A DNA stretch of 64,000 bases from Antedon mediterranea. Its lineage: Eukaryota > Animalia > Echinodermata. Below the pieces are notes generated by a model that did no database searches, was not told where the DNA came from, and saw only the letters and a list, made by a program, of their open reading frames with translations. How positions within the stretch are numbered: the first letter of the stretch is position 1; every line of letters begins with the position of its first letter. The DNA lies in the NCBI RefSeq assembly GCF_964355755.1, contig NC_092679.1, positions 402,201-466,200 on the forward strand. Reading direction: 5' to 3'. Shown piece after piece: positions 56,701 through 64,000 of the stretch. A program made the position numbers and the translations under genes.

Positions 56701-58693
56701 TGTATAAATCCTTTAGTTTTAGTAAGACAAATTTTCTAATTTCGTTTGTTTTATGTAAAAATATATGTTTTTCTATTTATTGTCGACCGTTATCGTCCTA
56801 GTGTGTTGCAGCCATAATTCAAATTATCGTTTGTAAATTAGATTATGAAGCATGTAATGCAATGCTATTCATCAGCTTTTTCACACTTAACTCCCTTTCA
56901 CATCAAACTCTGAAGTGATCCCCTGAGGAGCCCCAGGGAAACTCCGGAGTCGGAGGCCATTCACATCAACGAGAATCACCGGGCAGCTTATAACATTTTT
57001 TTGGTTGTACTACTATTTGCAGGTAAAGGAGCGAGTAGTAACCCCTGTTCTGAAACCTACCACGGACCTAAAAATATATCTGAAGTTGAGATGGAAGCTG
57101 TAACCACATTCTTCCTTGACCTGGTGGCCGATGGACAAGACTTCCATCTATTCATTGACTTCCACGCTTATGGGCAGTTATGGCTCTTCCCTTGGGGATA
57201 CAGTCGCACAGCACCGATTGTTAACGATTACAATGATTTGGTATGCAGTTTTTATCAATTTAATTGAGATCTAATTAGCTAACGGTTATGCATATGGTAT
57301 GCGGTCACATGGTGATCAGATTGCCAATGATGCAACGATGATGGTACAGAAATATGATGACGATGATAATGATAATGATAGGAAAATGATATTATTACTA
57401 AATGACGATAATATATTAGGATAACTTGTATAATTGTATAACTATACTGTGGATTAGCTAGCTTTGCGTCATCAATAAGCTAGTCCTAATTGGTCAGATG
57501 TTTGCCCTCTCTGACGTAATTCATGTACTATAATGATTATATGATGACGAATGGAAGAAAGAAGGGCAAGAGATAAAAAGACGTATGATCGATTACATAA
57601 GGGGGGAAAGAAGGGCAAGAGATAAAAAGACGTATGATGATTACATAATGAGAGAAAGAAGGGCAGGAAATAAAAGGACGTATGATTACATTGATACGCA
57701 TGATGACAATGATAATGACGAGTAATTAGGAGTAATAATTAAATGTGACCGTTATCACCGTTCATGTTATAGAGTAATGGTGCTAATGCGGCTGCAGCGG
57801 CTCTCAAATCAGTGCATGGAACCGAATACTTTGTGGGCAATTCAGCAAGAGATATGTGTAAGTCAAACCTAATTCATATTGCATAATTGTTACAGTACCT
57901 AGATACTTACTGTAATGTAACCTTAAAATAGACATGACGTAATGTGTGACAAGCCAATCAAACAACTTGAATTGAATATGTAATTCTTTATTGACTATCA
58001 CCGTACGTTGCAGTATTGTCATAGAAAACAAATAACAAATAACAAATAACAAATAGCACAGAACGAAAAATAAACTAAAAATGTATATACAAATAACACA
58101 TGAATAATACCAATGTGGTTGTGTGAAATTTCCTCTGGTTATCCAAATAACATATAATACCAATGTGGTTGTGTGAAATTTCCTCTGGTTATGCAAATAA
58201 CACATGAATAATACCAATGTGGGTGTGTGAAATTTCCTCTGGTTATCCAAATAACATATGAATAATACCAATGTGGTTGTGTGAAATTTCCTCTGGTTAT
58301 GCAAATAACACATGAATAATACCAATGTGGTTGTGTGAAATTTCCTCTGGTTATGCAAATAACACATGAATAATACCAATGTGGTTGTGTGAAATTTCCT
58401 CTGGTTATCCAAATAACATATGAATAATACCAATGTGGGTGTGTGAAATTTCCTCTGGCTATGCAAATTAATAATCATTTTTTATAGATCCTGCTGGTGG
58501 CGCTAGTGAGGACTGGGGGTATGACAAACTTAAAGCGAAATATTCTTACATCATCGAACTAAGAGACGAGGGACGGCATGGGTTCCTCCTACCAGAAAAA
58601 TTTATTGAACCTACAGGAGACGAAACGTATGCTGGAATGAAGAATCTGTTCCAAACATTACTTGATGACCCTAACCCTATTCAAAAGAGTTGA
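53792..58693 (+). CDS. Secreted zinc carboxypeptidase A/B (M14A) zymogen, CPB-like, 10 exons
   Basis: Exons 53792-53859, 54149-54221, 54703-54921, 55033-55134, 55385-55486, 55742-55852, 56372-56459, 57023-57240, 57773-57857, 58488-58693. Signal peptide MKSVFILCLVIATGLA, propeptide, GIHAREWISPA, RMWRKNR, GVDMNRNY, DFHAYGQ, YPAGGASEDW, IELRD...GFLLP. Confidence 0.95.
55958..56102. mobile_element. Dispersed repeat family (also ~60942-60960 and 61686-61812)
   Basis: Shared AACGCCATATGTGCCAAAATATTTATC...AAAACTC(C/T)GTCTG...AGACTAG and ACTTGCCCCAAGTCTGTA blocks. Confidence 0.65.
57555..57690. repeat. Imperfect ~52-bp tandem repeat x3
   Basis: GAAAGAAGGGCAAGAGATAAAAAGACGTATGAT..TTACAT repeated. 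Confidence 0.85.
58090..58468. repeat. Tandem repeat, ~54-bp unit x7, in the last carboxypeptidase intron
   Basis: CAAATAACACATGAATAATACCAATGTGGTTGTGTGAAATTTCCTCTGGTTATG. Explains the spurious ORF 57804-58478. Confidence 0.97.
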
Positions 58694-59679
58694 AAGCAGA
58701 AATGAATAAATATCGAGAGATGCACTTTAGTACGTAAAGGTTAATTAAGAATATTAATAGCATAATAGATTAACTGTTAGGCCTACAAAACAAAAATTAA
58801 TACAAATTGTATATAAATTCTCAAGGTGAGCTTTTGAAGATAAAAACGGTCTTTTTAGGACGACAAAATAAAGTATTAGAATGTAACTTGAATCATAATG
58901 GAAATTAATAAAAGTATCGGATTAACGTGAAATGTGGTTTATTTTTCTGTTACGGTTATTGATATGTAAAGGGTACGGTATCTAATATGAATAACACAAA
59001 GTGTCAATATGTGATAATAGAATATCGAAAGACGATAAAGCATATTGTTGGCATATAATTACGGTTACGGTGGTGATCAAAAGGATGTTTCATTAACAGA
59101 AGAATTCTATTAAATACACAATTGCCACTGATAATAGGCGTATTCATACAGAGAGTTTAATGATTCGCGTTATCTTATCTCTGTCATCATTCTCATCTAT
59201 TTCACTTGATAACTAAAGGAAAAACTAAACTTAACTCCCAAACGTAAGTATTGTTACATTTGTTTTATGGCGTTCTCTTCCTGTTTTGTAATGTTTTACC
59301 TGTTGTATTGTTACATATTTTCATATATTTGTAAACGAGCAATGAATTTTCGAAAGGATTAATAAAGATAATTTGAATTTGAATTTCTTATTTTCGAAAG
59401 GATTAATAAAAGATATTAAATTTGAATTTGAATTTCTTCTTGTAAAGTTTATAATTAACTAACTAAAGAGGGCGCCAGAGCACCTATAGACACGTTTACT
59501 TCCGGGTTCCAAAATCGGTCGGCCGATGATCGATGAATGAGTCACCAGATATTTGGATATTTTCACGGGCCGACGAAGAAATTGAAGCGGTAAATACTGC
59601 CAATTATTTAGGGCAAAAAATAGCTGTCTCGATACAGCTAACATCTTATTATAATTGGGAGTTATTCTAGACTTCAATA

Positions 59680-62600
59680 ATGTTTAGTTGGTTAGCAGAA
59701 GATACTAAACGGCGAAAGCAGCCGGCGGTTTTTAATTCGGTAAGCGAGGGCCTAAAGAAGGTATACAATTCCACCATTCGTCCGCTAGAAGAATCATATA
59801 AATATAGCGATTTTCACTCGCCTCCTCATGATGATGCAGATTTTGAGGCAAAACCGATGGTCCTCCTTGTTGGTCAATACTCGACAGGTAAAACGACATT
59901 TATCAAGTATCTTCTTGAGCGAGATTTTCCTGGAATTAGAGTCGGACCTGAGCCTACAACAGACCGTTTCATGGCAGTCATGCACGGCGACAAAGACGGG
60001 GTCATCCCTGGCAACGCCTTAGTTGTCGACCCTAAGCGACAATTCAGGGCGTTGGACAAGTTTGGTAACGCGTTTTTAAACCGTTTTCAATGTTCACTCA
60101 CAGACTCTCCAGTTCTAGAAAGTATAACAATTATAGACACACCAGGTATTTTATCTGGAGAAAAGCAAAGAACTGATCGTGGTTATGACTTCATTGGTGT
60201 ATTGGAGTGGTTTGCGGAAAGAGCTGACCGTATTATTCTTCTCTTTGATGCCCATAAGTTGGATATATCTGATGAATTCAGACGTTGCATAGAAGCACTC
60301 CGAGGCCAAGATGACAAGATCCGAATTGTTTTGAATAAATCGGACATGGTTGATCACCAGCAGCTAATGAGAGTATACGGTGCCCTCATGTGGTCGTTAG
60401 GAAAAGTTATTAATACTCCAGAGGTTTCTAGGGTGTATATTGGATCGTTTTGGGATAAGCCATTTCATTACGACACAAATCGTAAATTATTTGAAGCAGA
60501 GGCTCACGATTTGTTCTACGATATCCAAAGTTTACCAAGAAATGCTGCTCTTCGGAAATTAAATGATCTCATCAAGAGGGCTCGTCTTGCTAAGGTACAA
60601 ATTTAACTATCTAGTTTGTTTTTTTTACATAAAATGAAAGAAAAGGGGTTGAAGAAGTCCGGATTAATTCTGGCTAATATTAATAATAATGATGATTGAT
60701 TTTAAAATGAATGTAACCTGGGATACGTTTTATGTACTACAAAAATTTCTTTTTTCCCCATATTGATAATTGTTTCAAAGGTTAAAGTAATAAATTTGCA
60801 GGTATAGCACTTACATTAATACTAATCTTGATGAACTTTGAACTGTCTTTCTAACAAATACAACTTTGAACTGTCTTTCTAACAAATACACGTAATAATT
60901 TGTTTATAGCTTTTGACAGTGTACTGTTGGTATGTGTGTAGACTTGCCCCAAGTCTGTACTGTATTCATTGTCTTTTTATTTATTTGTTTTTATTTCGAT
61001 TTCTGTCTGAAAATACTGACTTGTGAAACACGTATAGAAATCGATTTGCAGACCGCAAACATCCGATAAGAATGACGTAGGTTATCATACAGTATTTGGC
61101 TATATGGGGCGGGCGGTATGTAAATATGGATTTCGAATCAACCAATGATCATTTTGTTTCAAATGAAAAAGATCGAGTACGTACAGTGCTGAATGTACGA
61201 TCGAGACTGAACAACTGTTGAAATATAAAATCGTTTTGCCAAGTTGTTTTGTTTATTAATTGTTTAGTCCTGGCCTAGGCCTCCTTTGTAGGCCTACTCA
61301 ACTCGTATGTTTGACCTGCCAAATAAAACGCTAGTACATACCACCACAGGGACAGGGTCTGGGCTGGGTGGGAATTAAATCAAATTATCTCCGCATAATA
61401 AATGAACCATTCAATGTTTGATTTGCGGAGAAGCTAGCCTACCATATCAAGACGAGTTTTCATGTTCTTGGGAAAAATCCCATCAATTGTTTACCAGACT
61501 ACTAGCTAGGCATATAAAATCATTTCTAGCCTTCAGAAACGTTCATCAATGTACCCAAGTACACAATGTCTAATTGTAACATAGCGTATGCGCATCATCT
61601 TAGTTGTTGAGTAGACAATGGCATGCGGCTGAAGCTAGTCAACTGGATAATCGTATGCATCTTGGTGTCAAACCACATGACTTGTACTTGTTTCCCCAGA
61701 CAGAGTATCCAAAATCAAGTAGTATACGTATGAAACGCCATATGTGCCAAAATATTTATCTTTTTACTAATAAGTAATATTAAGAAAAAACTCTGTCTGG
61801 AACTCAGACTAGTATGTGTGATGATATATATTTAGTTATCTTTTTTTACAACCATTATTTGGAAATAAATGTTTATTATGATGATATCCTGATAAAATGC
61901 ATTTTATTTCTAGCAATGTTATTGATGCCAAGTGCTGTTTATTATTAATGATGGACATGTGTGCTATGTTATGTAGTTACTATGGTAATTCATACACTAC
62001 GCTTAAAAATGTTTAGTGAGCGACTTAGTTGATAAGAATATACTGTACTTATCAATAGTGTGTGGCTCTCTAATGCCAAATTTGTTAATTGTGCTAACCT
62101 TGTTTAATTTGTAATGCTTGTTAATTTATAATGCTTGTTAATTTATAATGCTTGATGCGTATGATTTCTCTATCATCACTACATATTCCTTTTTTAAATG
62201 GATTCGTAACTTATCCTTTAAATAAGTGCTTTGCATAATTAAGTAAGTGGAATTTTTTTCCAAAACACCTTATTGACCGTTTTCATATCTTGGTGTTTAA
62301 AGTGTGTAGAATTTCCTGTTTGTCAGATTGCTTCCTAATTGCTATTAAACTAATTTTAAAAAAGGATTTAAATTATTTAAATTTTTTTACTTCCAGGTAC
62401 ATGCATTTGTGATTAGTGTGTTGCGACGAGAAATGCCATCAGTGTTTGGAAAAGAAGCGAAGAAAGCAGAGTTAATCAAGAACTTGCATCTAACTTACGC
62501 TGAAGTAGAACGTGTACATCACATCTCACCTGGGGATTTCCCACCCCTTGAAAGAATGAAGAAAGTGTTGCGGGACCAAGATTTTACACGCTTCAACGCA

Positions 62601-63107
62601 CTGAAACCGAAGTTGATCGAGAAGCTTGATCACATGTTGTCGCACGAGATGACGAAATTGATGGCGATGATCCCACAAGAAGAGTATGATCTGGGAACCA
62701 AAGATTCTAGTCGCCAAGAAATCAAAGGGGGCGTATTTCTCGGTGTTGTTGATGGTCCGTTTAAGAAAGGTGGAGGCGAAGGGGCAGATTTTGGATCTAG
62801 TGAGCTGGTCGATTGGGTCGTGGAAGAGATGAAAGATAAGAACAGGCATGTCTTTGAAAGTTTGAATCCTATAGAAGGTAAAGTTTCCGGTGCGACAGCA
62901 AAGAAAGAAATGGTGAAATCTAAGCTACCCAATACGGTACTCGGTAGAGTCTGGAAACTTTCAGATGTTGATCGGGATGGACAGCTTGATGAAGATGAAT
63001 TTGCATTGGCAATGTATCTGATCCAGTTGAAATTAGAAGGTACAGATCTACCAATAAATCTACCTACGCATCTCGTTCCACCAGCAAAAAGATCATTCGC
63101 AACTTGA
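59680..63107 (+). CDS. EHD1: EH domain-containing protein (EHD1/3-like, RME-1/Past1 family), 2 coding exons
   Basis: Exons 59680-60594 and 62397-63107 (AAG|gtacaa ... ttccag|GTA). P-loop GQYSTGKT, GPEPTTD, IDTPGILSGEKQR, C-terminal EH domain (SKLPNTVLGRVWKLSDVDRDGQLDEDEFALAM). Confidence 0.96.
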
Positions 63108-64000
63108 ATATGTAAACTTCATTGTCCATAATAATAATAGTAGTTGGCCCATAATACACACTAGATTTTCAATTTTTATAGTTATTTTCTACAAATTATG
63201 CAATCAAATTAACGATAGCTGTGGTGATGAAGGTTTAATCGTGGCACTATTTCCATGTTTTATTCAGAGCTGAAAACAGAGAGAACCAACACGATTCTGG
63301 TATGCTTTCAAAATATTACACTTTCAAGATAAATTTCTTACTCATTCTATCGGTATTCTAACTTGTGTCAAAACTTGTCAGAAACCCTTCTGCTATCACA
63401 ATAAATATAGTTTAGTGACGTTTAGTAACAACATGGCACAAGTTAGTTTCTCAAACTCACTCTACATACTGTATGCTTCATAATCCTTATTACATTTCTG
63501 AGAAGTTAATTATAAAGTGGTTAGTAAGACTGTATAGTAGTTTAAACTGTTTACCATGTACATAGATATTAAAGTTATATAGTTAATGTATTATGATTTC
63601 TTACATTATATACAACTCAATTATTCTATATTTCCTACTACCACTACTAACACAAAATGACCAAACTAAAGCTCTATAGAAAGTCATTTGATTATGTTTT
63701 ACTGTATTTGGCAAACATTAAACATATAAACACTTATTTCCTGCTTTGAATCTGGCTTGTTAAATTGAAATAATAAATTCATTGCATATTCGTTTGTAAA
63801 GAGAGTGTTCTCAAGTAATAATTACCATAGTCCATTAGAAGAGCACAACCCTTTTACGATTTATGTTCTAAAATTAAGGTGCTTGTTTTTTCCTACATTC
63901 CATACCCCTCTATTTTGTTTACTGCCCCATCCCTTTAATGATAATTGTTTTTAAACACAAACAAATTGTGCAATAAATGAATATGAAAGTATTATTGACA

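Noticed and set aside
57804-58478. 224-aa - strand repetitive ORF
   Set aside because: Translation of the 54-bp intronic tandem repeat.
59794-62932. Several antisense and alternate-frame ORFs over EHD (and similar ones over SLCO)
   Set aside because: Shadow ORFs of genuine coding exons with no independent evidence.

Overview
AT-rich, intron-rich eukaryotic genomic DNA, with no prokaryotic features or CRISPR. It is inferred to be from an invertebrate, probably a deuterostome such as an echinoderm, given a Deu/Nin-type SINE and the gene structures. Reading GT-AG boundaries and frames by hand gives: (1) a likely first exon of a secreted-protein gene on the - strand with a TATA/Inr promoter (~3.7-3.9 kb), continuing leftward with the rest unresolved; (2) a complete glucosidase II alpha (GANAB, GH31) gene on the - strand, 8531-38172, with 26 core exons plus two candidate cassette exons; (3) head-to-head with it, a PH-domain evectin/PLEKHB-like gene with an unusual His/Gly-rich and (GGDDY)n tail; (4) a ~6.5-7 kb tandem duplication holding two OATP/SLCO transporter genes, the second with two lesions that each have a plausible rescue, plus an orphan copy of carboxypeptidase exons 1-2; (5) a 10-exon M14A carboxypeptidase with Glu at specificity position 255; (6) a two-exon EHD gene. 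Introns hold many minisatellites, several MITE families, two tRNA-derived SINEs and LINE remnants (L2, RTE, L1/Tx1). I found no unambiguous new multi-gene system. The most unusual items are splicing-level features of GANAB, the fate of the SLCO duplicate, the PLEKHB-like tail and the orphan secreted-protein exon. All coordinates were read by eye and may be off by a few bases.
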